DNA of 64,000 nucleotides from an uncultured beta proteobacterium (GTDB lineage Bacteria; Pseudomonadota; Gammaproteobacteria; Burkholderiales; Burkholderiaceae_C): NCBI GenBank assembly GCA_963783785.1, contig CAWAOQ010000010.1, positions 139,316 to 203,315 of the forward strand, read 5' to 3'. Shown piece by piece: positions 49,867 to 59,178 of this stretch (position 1 is its first letter; each line of letters starts with the position of its first letter). The notes under the pieces were generated by a model. It saw only the letters and a program-made list of their open reading frames with translations, ran no database searches and was not told where the DNA came from. The position numbers and the translations under genes were made by a program.

Positions 49867-50613
49867 TCACCCTCCCGTCAGCAGCGCGTCGGGAATCTCG
49901 AAGCGTTCGTCGGCACCGACACGCACGGTGGTCAGGTCGCCCTGGCGCGTCGACGTCAGGGCCTCCGTGGAATCCGACGCCGCCGGTGTGCCCTTGACGA
50001 ACAGCACGCGACGCACGAGGCCGTTCGCCCCGCGGACCTCGACCGTGGCCGTGCCATCCCTGCCGCGCCGGATCACGAAGGCCTGGCACGCCCCGCCGGG
50101 CTCGGTGCCCGGCGGCTGGCAGGCCACGGTGGCCGAGGCGTGGAATGCGGTGCCGGGGATCTTGGCGTCTTGCGAGCCGGACAGCGGCGCCAGCGGCGTT
50201 CCGGTCACCCCGACGGTCAGTGTGTACTGGGCCGTCTCGCCGCGCCGTGCCGCGTTGCGCATCAGGTACACGCGCACGACATAGATGCCGTCGGTCGGCA
50301 GCACCACGGCGGCCTCGGAACCCTTGGTGCTGCCGATGAACATCGCAGCATCGGAGCCCGGCGGGTTGATGTTGAAATAGCTCGACGCGTTCGACGTCTT
50401 CATCGTCACCGCCAGCGTCTGGCCGGCACGCGCACTGATCTTGTAATCGACACCCGCGCTGCCCTTGATCGATCCACGCAGCTGTGCCGATGTCGCGCCG
50501 TTCGCGAAATGGACCGTCTCGCCACGGATGCCGGGGTCGCCGGCCGCGTGGGTCGACGGCGGGATGCCGGTGGCCATCAGGATCAGTGCGGCCAGGGCGA
50601 CGCGACTGGTCAT
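49867..50613 (-). CDS. secreted hypothetical protein
   Basis: Internal ATG 50613 of ORF 49867..50796. Signal peptide MTSRVALAALILMATGIPPSTHA. Two beta-rich halves, the second with a Cys pair (ATVACQPPGTEPGGACQAF). I do not recognise the family. Confidence 0.6.
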   Translation of the reverse strand: MTSRVALAALILMATGIPPSTHAAGDPGIRGETVHFANGATSAQLRGSIKGSAGVDYKISARAGQTLAVTMKTSNASSYFNINPPGSDAAMFIGSTKGSEAAVVLPTDGIYVVRVYLMRNAARRGETAQYTLTVGVTGTPLAPLSGSQDAKIPGTAFHASATVACQPPGTEPGGACQAFVIRRGRDGTATVEVRGANGLVRRVLFVKGTPAASDSTEALTSTRQGDLTTVRVGADERFEIPDALLTGG

Positions 50614-50987
50614 GCCGAGTCGCCTCGATGGGCCACTGGGTCGGCGCGGGCGGCGCGTCCGCTGCGCGCGATCCTCCACCTGGACGCGATCAGTCGCCGC
50701 ATGTCCGTGGTCATTGCAGCAACTCCATCGGTATGGCAAGGAATGCGGGCGTGCGTCATCGGGGCTCCATTGCGCACGATGTGCCACCGCGGCCACGAAA
50801 GTCTAGCAAGCGGTTGGCGTCGCCACTCGTCGAGCTCGACGACCTGCGCAGCTTGACGCGCCGGGCTGGTACGCTTGCTCCTCTGGCAGTCAGCAGCTTC
50901 GCCTGCCCTGCTGTCCGGACACTCCCGCAAGCCCGCGTCCCTGGAGAGAATCCGGCGACGTCACTTCGAGCCGATCGCCCTCACCCG

Positions 50988-53259
50988 ATGCACCCTGACT
51001 TCACCGGCGCCGTTGGCGCGCTCCACGCCGTCTCCAGAGTGCTGCTGGTCTTGCTGACCGCCACCGCGCTGTCCGCCGCGGCCCAGTCGATCCCGGGACT
51101 GCCTGGCTTCGGCAGCGCGAAGGCGGTGCCGGCGGCCCCTGCCGCCTCCGCGCCGACAGCCGCCGACTGGGCCGCCCGCCTCGAAGCCGCGCGCGCCGAA
51201 CATCAGGCCTTGCTGGCGCTGCCGGCCGGCAGCGTCCCGTTGCTCGACCAGCGACAGATTGCCTCGGCGCGGCGCCTGGTGCTGCTCGCGGCACGCGTTG
51301 AAGCACTCAAGTCGCAGGGCAGCGGCGACACGACAGCCGATGCCGTCGGCGGTGCAGATCCCGAAGCTGTCGGGGCAGCCTCCCTACAGCGTGCTCGACG
51401 TCGATGCGCTGCGCGACCGGCTCGACGTCCTGACGACGCAGCAATCGGCCCTCGAACTCGGCTTGAAGCAGCTGGATGTCACGGTCGACGAGGCCGTGCG
51501 GGCGCGCGGCGAGGCCGATGCCAACTTGCGACTGCGCCGGGAACAAGCGGCACAGGCGGGCCCAGGCCGCCGGGAACGTCGAGGAACTCCGCGCCCAGGT
51601 CGCACTGGCCGAGTTGCTGTCGCAGGTCATGGAACTCGAGGCTCTCCAGAACGACGAGCGCCGGCAGAGGGCGCGATCACGACTCGCGGCACTCGCCGAG
51701 CCGGTGAAGCAGTTGCAGGCCGAGATCGATCGCGGCCGCAGCCAGATGCGCTTCGACGATGCCGACCTGGCCCGCATCCTCAAGGGCATCGCGGCGGAGC
51801 GGCAGAAGTTGTCCGTCGAAATCGCCAAGCTGTCGGAGCGATTGGCACGACAGGAGACACAGGCCGCCGCCGGCGATGGGTGGCGACGGCGCGCCATCGA
51901 ACCGCTGCAGAAGGCCTTGCAGATGCTGGGCGAACTGGAGACGATGGAGCGCGGCTTCGAAACCATGTGGCGCGGCCGGCACGAGGTGATCGCCAAGAGG
52001 CCGGAGCCGGGCCTGGTGCAGGCCGCTGCGCTGAGGATCGGCAAGGCGATCGCGGACCTGCAGGACCAGCGGCGGCGTGTCACCGAAGAGCGGCGGCTGG
52101 TCCGCAGCGAGCTGCGCACGCAGCAGGCACTGGTGGCGGGTCTCGCTGATGACGACCCCTCGATCAAAGGCGAGCAGCAGGTGTTGAGCGCACTGCAGAC
52201 CGAGTCGGACATCCAGGACCGGCTGCGCGACAGCATCGACCGGGCCACGGTACTGCTCGAGCGCTCCCGCATCGACATGGGTGGCGCCGACAAGCCCGCT
52301 TCGGCCGAGGATTGGGCGCTGCGGGCTATGGGCGATCCTGGTCCAGGCCGCCACGGCGATCTGGCAGTTCGAGCTCTTCAGCGCGACCGAGACCACGCAG
52401 ATCGACGGGCGTATCATCACCGTCGAACACGGCGTCACGGTCGGCAAGAGCCTCGGCGTCCTGGTGATGCTGGTGCTGGGCTACTGGGCCGCCGGCCGCC
52501 TGTCGCGGCTGCTCATCGAGCCTGGCGCGACGGCGCGTGCCGATGTCGGCCCAGTTGGCGCGGGTGCTGCGGCGATGGGTCAACTCGATCCTGTTGCTGG
52601 TGGTGCTGCTGCTGGTGCTGAAGATGGCACGCATCCCGCTGACGGCCTTTGCGTTCCTCGGTGGCGCGCTGGCCATCGGCATCGGCTTCGGCGCCCAGAA
52701 CGTCATCAAGAATCTCATCAGCGGGGTCATCATCCTGTTCGAGCGCAAGATCCGCGTCGGCGACGTGGTGTCGATCGGCGGCATGTCGGGCACGGTGACC
52801 ACGGTCGACCTGCGCGCCACCACGGTGCGCGGCTTCGACGGCATCGATGCCATCGTGCCCAATTCCACCCTGCTCGAGAACCAGATCAGCAACTGGAGCG
52901 GCGGCAGCCCGGACGTGCGGCGCACGGTCACGGTGGGCGTGGCCTACGGGTCCGATCTGCGCAAGGCCGCCCAACTGATCCTCGACTGCGCGAACGCACA
53001 TCAGGCGGTGCTGCCAGAGCCGCCGGCCGAGGTGCTGTTCGAGGAGTTCGGCGCCAACGACCTGACGCTGCGCCTGTACTACTGGATCCGCCTGGGCGGG
53101 CCACGCGGCGGGCCCGGCGTCGACAGCGACCTGCGTTTGGCGATCGCCGACGCGCTGGCTGCGGCCGGCATCGGCATGGCCTTCCCGCAGCGCGACGTCC
53201 ACCTCGACCTCGTCAAGCCCCTGCAGGTGGAACTCCTTGCCGGGCGCAAGGACGCATGA
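50988..53259 (+). pseudogene. MscK/MscM-like mechanosensitive channel (MscS family), four successive +1 frame changes
   Basis: Signal peptide and coiled-coil periplasmic region are spread over frames of ORFs 50484.., 51259.., 51476.. and 52281... The MscS core (FLGGALAIGIGFGAQNVIKNLISGVIILFERKIRVGDVVSIGGMSGTV...) is in ORF 52537..53259. Junctions are about 51310-51345, 51558, 52324 and 52521. Confidence 0.8.
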
Positions 53260-54824
53260 GCCGGGCGCAGCATCGCGCGACGGCGCTGTACGCGATGGCG
53301 TTGGCGCTGCTGCTTGCCGGCTGTGCCGCCACTCCCCCAGCCTCGGAGAGGCCTGCGCCATCGTTCGCCCAGCCGCCCCGGACCGAAGGCCGGTTCGCTG
53401 AGCTGGAGAACGCGATCACTGCGGTGCGCGGCCCCGACATCTCGGGCTTCCGGCTGCTGGAGAGCAATGCCGATGGTCTGAAGTGGCGCCTGGTCCTCAT
53501 CGACAACGCCCGCCACACGATCGACCTGCAGTACTACGTGTGGTTCGGCGACGCCAGCGGCCAGTTGCTGATGGCCCGCACCATTGCCGCCGCCGACCGC
53601 GGCGTGAAGGTGCGCATCCTGTTCGACGACCTCAACACGATGCTGCGCCGCATGACCGACCCCGAGCTGCGCGACGCCATGATGGCGCGCATCGACCGCC
53701 ACCCCCACATCGAGATCCGGGTCTTCAACGCCTGGCGTGAACGGGGCTGGCTGGGCCGCGCCGCCGAGGGCGTGACCGACTTCACGCGCCTCAACCGCCG
53801 CATGCACAACAAGCAGATGGTGGTCGACAACCGCGTCGCGATCCTGGGCGGACGCAACATCGGCGACGAGTACATGGGGTTGGACGAGACCTTCAACTTC
53901 CACGACCTCGACGTGCTGGGCATCGGCCCGGTGGCGCGCCAGGCCAGCGCCGTGTTCGACCGCTACTGGAACAGCGAGTGGGTGAGACCGATTCCGAGCG
54001 CGGCTGCCGGCACCGAGGCTGGAGAGGGCCCGCTGAAGCCCGAGATGCTGGAATTGCCGCCGGCCGCCGCCGCCCATCCGGGCATGCGCCAGCTGATGGC
54101 GGGGGCCCACAGCTGGCAAGACGATCTCAATGCCCTGCCCGAGGTGATGTTCGCCGGCCGGAGCACCGTGCACGCCGATCCGCCGTCGCGCGCCGAAGGC
54201 ACGCAAAACCGCATGCCCGAAGCGTTCCGGGCGGTGATGCGGTCGGCGCAGCGCGAGGTGTGGATCACCAACGCCTACATCATCCCCGATGCCACGTTCA
54301 TCGGCGACCTGCGCGAACTGGCCGCGCGCGGCGTCGCGGTGCGCATCCTCACCAACTCACTGGCCTCGCACGACGTGCCGGCGGTCAACGCCCACTACGA
54401 AGGCTGGCGCCGCGACATCCTGCGCTCGGGAGCCACGCTGCACGAGTTCCGTGCCGATGCCGCGATCCGCGCCGAACTGGTCGACACGCCACCGGTGCGC
54501 TCCGGCTTCGCCGGCCTGCACATCAAGGCCATGGTGGTGGACGGCCAGCGCAGCTTCATCGGCTCGATGAACCTCGACCCGCGCTCCGAGATCTTCAACT
54601 CCGAAATGGGCGTCGTGATCGAGAGCGTGCCGCTCGCAGCCGTTCTCGCACGGAAGATGGAACGCGACATGTCGGCCGCCAACAGCTGGCAGGTTCTGCT
54701 GGCAGAGGACGGTGCGCTGCGCTGGAAGAGCGACGCCGGCGAGCGCGGTCAGCAACCGGCCCGCCACTTCATGCAGCGGCTGGAGAATCTGTTCTTCAAG
54801 CTGATGCCCGCCAGCTACTACTGA
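53256..54824 (+). CDS. phospholipase D family lipoprotein (two HKD motifs)
   Basis: ATG 53256 overlaps the channel stop (ATGA). Lipobox LLLAGC. HKD motifs HNKQMVVDNRVAILGGRNIGDEY and HIKAMVVDGQRSFIGSMNLDPRS. It is the C-terminal 522 aa of track ORF 52281..54824. Confidence 0.88.
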   Translation: MSRAQHRATALYAMALALLLAGCAATPPASERPAPSFAQPPRTEGRFAELENAITAVRGPDISGFRLLESNADGLKWRLVLIDNARHTIDLQYYVWFGDASGQLLMARTIAAADRGVKVRILFDDLNTMLRRMTDPELRDAMMARIDRHPHIEIRVFNAWRERGWLGRAAEGVTDFTRLNRRMHNKQMVVDNRVAILGGRNIGDEYMGLDETFNFHDLDVLGIGPVARQASAVFDRYWNSEWVRPIPSAAAGTEAGEGPLKPEMLELPPAAAAHPGMRQLMAGAHSWQDDLNALPEVMFAGRSTVHADPPSRAEGTQNRMPEAFRAVMRSAQREVWITNAYIIPDATFIGDLRELAARGVAVRILTNSLASHDVPAVNAHYEGWRRDILRSGATLHEFRADAAIRAELVDTPPVRSGFAGLHIKAMVVDGQRSFIGSMNLDPRSEIFNSEMGVVIESVPLAAVLARKMERDMSAANSWQVLLAEDGALRWKSDAGERGQQPARHFMQRLENLFFKLMPASYY

Positions 54825-54846
54825 TCTCGAACGCGGAAGTTTCCCC

Positions 54847-56070
54847 ATGCACCCCGCGTCATCCGCCCTGCCCTCGTGGCGCTCGCTCGTACTCTGGCCG
54901 TTGCTCGCGATCGGCCTTGCGGGCTGTGCCGGCTTCGTGCCGCAGACCGGCCCGGCGCCCGATCCGGGCGGGCGCTATGTGCCGCTGACGATGCCGTTCA
55001 TCGCCGTTGGCGACACGCAGGAACACCTCGCCACCGGTTACCCGATGCACGACAACGACAGCGCCGTCGATGCCTTCGTCGAGGTCGCGCAGCGTCCGCC
55101 CGAACAGCCGTTGTTCGGCCGCCGCATCATCGAGTGGGTGCTGCAGGAGCATCCGGGCGAGCCTTTCATCCATTTGGGCGACGTGCTGGATCTGTCGTGC
55201 CGCATCGAGGCCGTGCGCATCGGGCAGATCCTGCGCGCCGCGCCCAACGAAGGCGTCATCCTGCCGGGAAACCACGACGGCCTGATGTTCGGCATCTACG
55301 GCTACAACGTGTTCGAGGCGGCCACCGACAGTGGAGTCAGGAAGTGGCACCGGGCCTGCCGCCGCGGCGCGGCACCCGACGACGACACGCATCGCACCGC
55401 CGACGAGGCGTTCACGAAACGCGATTTCATCGCCGAGTACGTCAAGGGTCAGGCCACCTGGCTGGGTGCCAAGCCCGGCCTGCCGATACCGTCGGCACGC
55501 GGCTTCGAGCGCATCAGCTGGCGCAACCCCGATCCGAACGCGTTGCTCAGCGCGATCGAGGCCCAACTGATCGATGGCGCGGCGTACGCCGACTCTTTCC
55601 TGCTGCAGCGCATCCGGCTGCCGAAGGCGCCAGGCGCGCCACGCGACGTGACGGTCATCGCGCTCGACACCAACCAGGCCGGCGTGCTGGTCAACGCCTG
55701 GGACACGCTGATGGGCCGCAGCCCCGGCAGCATCGGCCATGTCCATCCGGACCAGGCCGAAGTCGTGAACCGCTGGGTCGGCGAAGCCATCGATCGCGGC
55801 GAACTGGTCGTCTTCGCCGGTCACCACAACTGGCAATCGCTTGGCCTGCCCAGTCGGACGCTGCTGAGGTCGGTGATGTCGCGGCTGAACCACCCGCTGG
55901 TGTACCTCTCGGCGCACACCCACAGCGGTTTCTGGGCCGAGCATCGCGTGCTCGACCGTCAGCCGCTGCTGGAGCTCAACGTCAGCTCGCTGTCGGACTG
56001 GCCGATCGCCTACCGCCGCATCAGCTTTGCCTACGACGAGATCAGCCAAGCGCGTGCAGGTGCGGGGTGA
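54847..56070 (+). CDS. metallophosphoesterase-like lipoprotein
   Basis: Lipobox GLAGC and calcineurin-like motifs GDTQEH, GDVLD, GNHD, GHHN and HTH. It may continue into the next ORF if the stop at 56068 results from another 1-nt insertion. Confidence 0.75.
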   Translation: MHPASSALPSWRSLVLWPLLAIGLAGCAGFVPQTGPAPDPGGRYVPLTMPFIAVGDTQEHLATGYPMHDNDSAVDAFVEVAQRPPEQPLFGRRIIEWVLQEHPGEPFIHLGDVLDLSCRIEAVRIGQILRAAPNEGVILPGNHDGLMFGIYGYNVFEAATDSGVRKWHRACRRGAAPDDDTHRTADEAFTKRDFIAEYVKGQATWLGAKPGLPIPSARGFERISWRNPDPNALLSAIEAQLIDGAAYADSFLLQRIRLPKAPGAPRDVTVIALDTNQAGVLVNAWDTLMGRSPGSIGHVHPDQAEVVNRWVGEAIDRGELVVFAGHHNWQSLGLPSRTLLRSVMSRLNHPLVYLSAHTHSGFWAEHRVLDRQPLLELNVSSLSDWPIAYRRISFAYDEISQARAGAG

Positions 56071-56074
56071 CCTG

Positions 56075-56692
56075 ATGCCGCACCGGGACAAGCCCAACCA
56101 GAACTACGCCGACCTGCTGGCGGCCTGGGAGGCGCAGACCTGTGCCCGCACGGGCCTGCCGGTCGAAGAAGTCCAGCGGCACGACCGCGAGGTCGTCCAG
56201 CAGCAACGCGAATCACGCGGCAGCCTGATCGGCTGGCTGCTCGACGCCATCGACGCGGACTGCGAGAACTGCGAGCACCAGGCGCTGTACGAACATGCCC
56301 AGGCCTACCAGGACGCCATGCTCAACACCTTGCTGCAGGGCAGTGCCAGCGCACGCAATGCAGGCGTATCACTGTCCCAGCCCAAGCTCCCCGAATGGTG
56401 CGGGATGATGGACTTCGCGGTGTGCGCGGTGACGCTTCTGGTGCAAAAGCCGGTCGACTTCAAGTCGCAGGTGGATCTGTTCCGGCGAAAGGCAGGCCTG
56501 GTGGCGGCCATCAACGAAAGCCTCGACCGCATCGACGACCCCAAGGCCAAGGCCTACATGACCTGTCGCGCCGTGCAGGCGGCCAAGATCGACTTCGATG
56601 CCACGCCGGACGAGCGCAACGAGCATCGCAGTGAAGACAAGCGCCGGCTCGAGCAGTTCTTCCGCATCGAGGCCAGCGTCGGCATGGATTGA
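56075..56692 (+). CDS. Cys-rich hypothetical protein (or C-terminal domain of the preceding lipoprotein)
   Basis: ATG 56075 of ORF 56027..56692. 205 aa, no signal peptide, six Cys. The frame is +1 relative to the upstream gene, and the ORF is open back to 56027, overlapping the upstream gene's 3' end. Confidence 0.5.
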   Translation: MPHRDKPNQNYADLLAAWEAQTCARTGLPVEEVQRHDREVVQQQRESRGSLIGWLLDAIDADCENCEHQALYEHAQAYQDAMLNTLLQGSASARNAGVSLSQPKLPEWCGMMDFAVCAVTLLVQKPVDFKSQVDLFRRKAGLVAAINESLDRIDDPKAKAYMTCRAVQAAKIDFDATPDERNEHRSEDKRRLEQFFRIEASVGMD

Positions 56693-56715
56693 CAGTCGTG
56701 CTGCGCTACCAGGAC

Positions 56716-57357
56716 ATGCAACACAACAGCGGCAATCCTGTGGATTCAGTCACCGCCACCGATGCCGATGCCGCTCGTCGGGCGCGCGCGGCGCGGCGCG
56801 CCTCGAGCGCCCGACCATCGTCGTGGCTGGCTAGATTCCTTGGCGTGGCGCTGCTCCTCTGGCTTGCGGCAGTGGCCCCCGTCGCGATCGCCAAGACGCC
56901 CGGCGAAGTCGAGATCGGGCAAACGCTTCGCGATGCCACGCTGCTCGGCCTCAATGGACCGGCCCGAAGGCTTTCGGAGTTTCGCGGCCGGCCGCTGATC
57001 ATCAATGTCTGGGCCAGCTGGTGCGCGCCCTGCCGTCAGGAAATGGCGTCGCTGGAAAGGCTCGCGTGGCAGGAGCATCCAGCGAAGTTCGCGGTCATCG
57101 GCATCTCGACCGACGACTACCCCGAGCAGGCGCAGCGACTGCTGAAGAGCACCAACGCAACGATCAGCCACTACATCGATCGCCAGTTGCAGATGGAGAA
57201 CATGCTGGGGGCCACGCACCTGCCGCTGACCGTGCTGATCGACGCCGACGGGCGCGTCGTCGACAAGATCTATGGGGCCAAGCAGTGGGATGGCCCCGAG
57301 GCCTTGAAGCTGATCGACAAGGCGTTTCGCAGTCGAACGAGCGCTCCGCCCCGCTGA
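56716..57357 (+). CDS. TlpA/redoxin family thiol-disulfide oxidoreductase
   Basis: ORF 56689..57357 (TTG 56689 overlaps the previous stop; ATG 56716 is an alternative). It has a membrane/signal anchor FLGVALLLWLAAVAPVAIA and the thioredoxin motif WASWCAPCRQE. Confidence 0.85.
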   Translation: MQHNSGNPVDSVTATDADAARRARAARRASSARPSSWLARFLGVALLLWLAAVAPVAIAKTPGEVEIGQTLRDATLLGLNGPARRLSEFRGRPLIINVWASWCAPCRQEMASLERLAWQEHPAKFAVIGISTDDYPEQAQRLLKSTNATISHYIDRQLQMENMLGATHLPLTVLIDADGRVVDKIYGAKQWDGPEALKLIDKAFRSRTSAPPR

Positions 57358-57394
57358 GGAAGCGGCGCCGCGCCGACGCGCTGGCGCCACGGGC

Positions 57395-59074
57395 TCACGA
57401 CATCGTCGCGGCCTGCGAGCGAGCCCACTGCAACAGCGCCCGATCGAGCCTCGGGTGAGCGAGGTAGCGGGCGACGTAGTCACGCTCGCTGCGCCCGCCC
57501 TTGGCGCGGATCACGTCGACCAGTGCACCGCGCTCGTCCTCGCGCCACGCACCGAGGTCGAGCAACGCGAGGATCGGCGCGAGCCGGCGCCAGGCCTCGC
57601 GCTGGTCCGGCGTCAAGCCGTGCAGCGACGCCCGGCCGCAATGGCGCAGCAGTTCGGCGCTGGCGTCGTCGACGGCTCGCTCGCGGTTCGAGCCGCTTCG
57701 CGCCGACAGTGCGGCACCCGCGCTCAGTCCCAACGCGCCCAGCGACACCAGCGGGTGCGGCTGCGCCGGATCGAGATCGAAGAACAGGTGCTGCGCAGCC
57801 AGTCGGCACAGCGTGGCCGGGCGAGTGCGATGGCTCGGGCGGCGCTGCACACGCGCTTGCTCGTCGCGCGCCAGCTTCAGCGTGGCCGCGTCGCGCGGGG
57901 CGAAGCCGAGCTTGGCGTAGAACCACCAGGCGCCCGATGCGAGCGCTTCGTCATTGTCCTTGCCGAGCTGGTACGGCTCGATGCTGAACGACGTGGTGTC
58001 GAACAGGTGCCGCAACGCCGCCAGCCAGCGCGCGAAGGTGAACGCCGCTTCGCCGCCGCGAAAGGTCTCGAAGGTGTTGAACGACAGCGCCGCGCTGCGG
58101 CCCACCACGTCGGCCTGCATGTAGCCGATCGGCACCCCGTTGCGCAGCGTCAGGCCGCCGTAGAAGGCGGCCACGGCGTGGCGCCGCTGCGGGATCACAC
58201 CGACGAACGCGAAGGCCAGGCCGTCGCCGTCGTCGACGAGCCACGCATCGCGTGCGTCGGCGAACGAGAATGCCTCGAGCGACCGCGCGCGCGTGACCAT
58301 CGCGGCGCGCGCGAGGTCGACCATCGCCGTGGCGTCGCGCACCGACAGTCGGCGCACCGAGCGCGGCGGGCGCGCCATCTCGGTGCGCAGATCGGGCCGC
58401 GTGCGCGCAGGCGGTTGCCGCCGGAACACCAGTGGCGCCGCGGCAAAGTGGGCCGAGGTTCGCGACGGTGTATCGGGCCCGGGCGCGAGCACGAAGCTCG
58501 CATCCACGGTGTCCGAGAAAGCCTCGCGGGTGAACCCGTCGCCCGGCATCGCGGCCATGCGCCGCAACAGGAACACGGCATCGGTCTCGTCGCCGCCACG
58601 CAGCCGGTCGAGCGCGGCGTAGCCCGGCAACTTCAGCTCGATCAACGCATGCGCCTCGGCGCGCGTCAGCAGCGGCGGCAGCGCGCGCGCGATGCGGGCC
58701 TCGGCATCGGTGTCGTCGCGATCCAGCCGCAGCTTGTCCGGCCAGTGCTGCGCCAGCCATTGCGCCTGACCGGCAAAGAAGCGGTAGTGAATCGGCGTGC
58801 CGGCGATGCCGCTGTCGGCGAGCGCCGCGCGGTGCGTGCGCAGGTCGGCACGGTCGGAAAAGCCGGCCAGCATGGCTTGCACCTGCGCCAGTACGGCCGC
58901 GTTGTCGGGGTAGGCGCGCATGAAGCACAACGCTTCGTGCAGTCGCGCCACCGCGCGCGCGCTGCCGAGCCGCTTGCGCGCGAACTGCTTCAGCAGCGCG
59001 AGCTTCTTGTCCGCCGCCCCGGCACCGAATTCGAGGCGGCAACGTTCCAGTGCGGCAAGCGACTTCAATGGCAT
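57395..59074 (-). CDS. 559-aa hypothetical protein with a GNAT-like core
   Basis: ATG 59074 inside track ORF 57395..59605. The central segment AFAFVGVIPQRRHAVAAFYGGLTLRNGVPIGYMQADVV...FETFRGGEAAFTFARWL...SGAWWFYAKLGFAP resembles the acetyl-CoA-binding half of a GNAT fold. I do not recognise the rest. Confidence 0.6.
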   Translation of the reverse strand: MPLKSLAALERCRLEFGAGAADKKLALLKQFARKRLGSARAVARLHEALCFMRAYPDNAAVLAQVQAMLAGFSDRADLRTHRAALADSGIAGTPIHYRFFAGQAQWLAQHWPDKLRLDRDDTDAEARIARALPPLLTRAEAHALIELKLPGYAALDRLRGGDETDAVFLLRRMAAMPGDGFTREAFSDTVDASFVLAPGPDTPSRTSAHFAAAPLVFRRQPPARTRPDLRTEMARPPRSVRRLSVRDATAMVDLARAAMVTRARSLEAFSFADARDAWLVDDGDGLAFAFVGVIPQRRHAVAAFYGGLTLRNGVPIGYMQADVVGRSAALSFNTFETFRGGEAAFTFARWLAALRHLFDTTSFSIEPYQLGKDNDEALASGAWWFYAKLGFAPRDAATLKLARDEQARVQRRPSHRTRPATLCRLAAQHLFFDLDPAQPHPLVSLGALGLSAGAALSARSGSNRERAVDDASAELLRHCGRASLHGLTPDQREAWRRLAPILALLDLGAWREDERGALVDVIRAKGGRSERDYVARYLAHPRLDRALLQWARSQAATMS

Positions 59075-59178
59075 GGCCAGGCGATGGTAGTGCCTGCGCG
59101 CCGCCGTCGGTGCGGCCCGGATCGACGACCTCTGCCGCTGCCGCTCGATCGAGCAGCGGACGCCAGACCGCGAAGGCG

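Noticed and set aside
52281-54824. 847-aa ORF suggesting a channel-PLD fusion.
   Set aside because: The first 325 codons are a mix of one genuine channel segment and out-of-frame read-through. The PLD has its own ATG (53256), lipobox and ATGA coupling to the channel stop.
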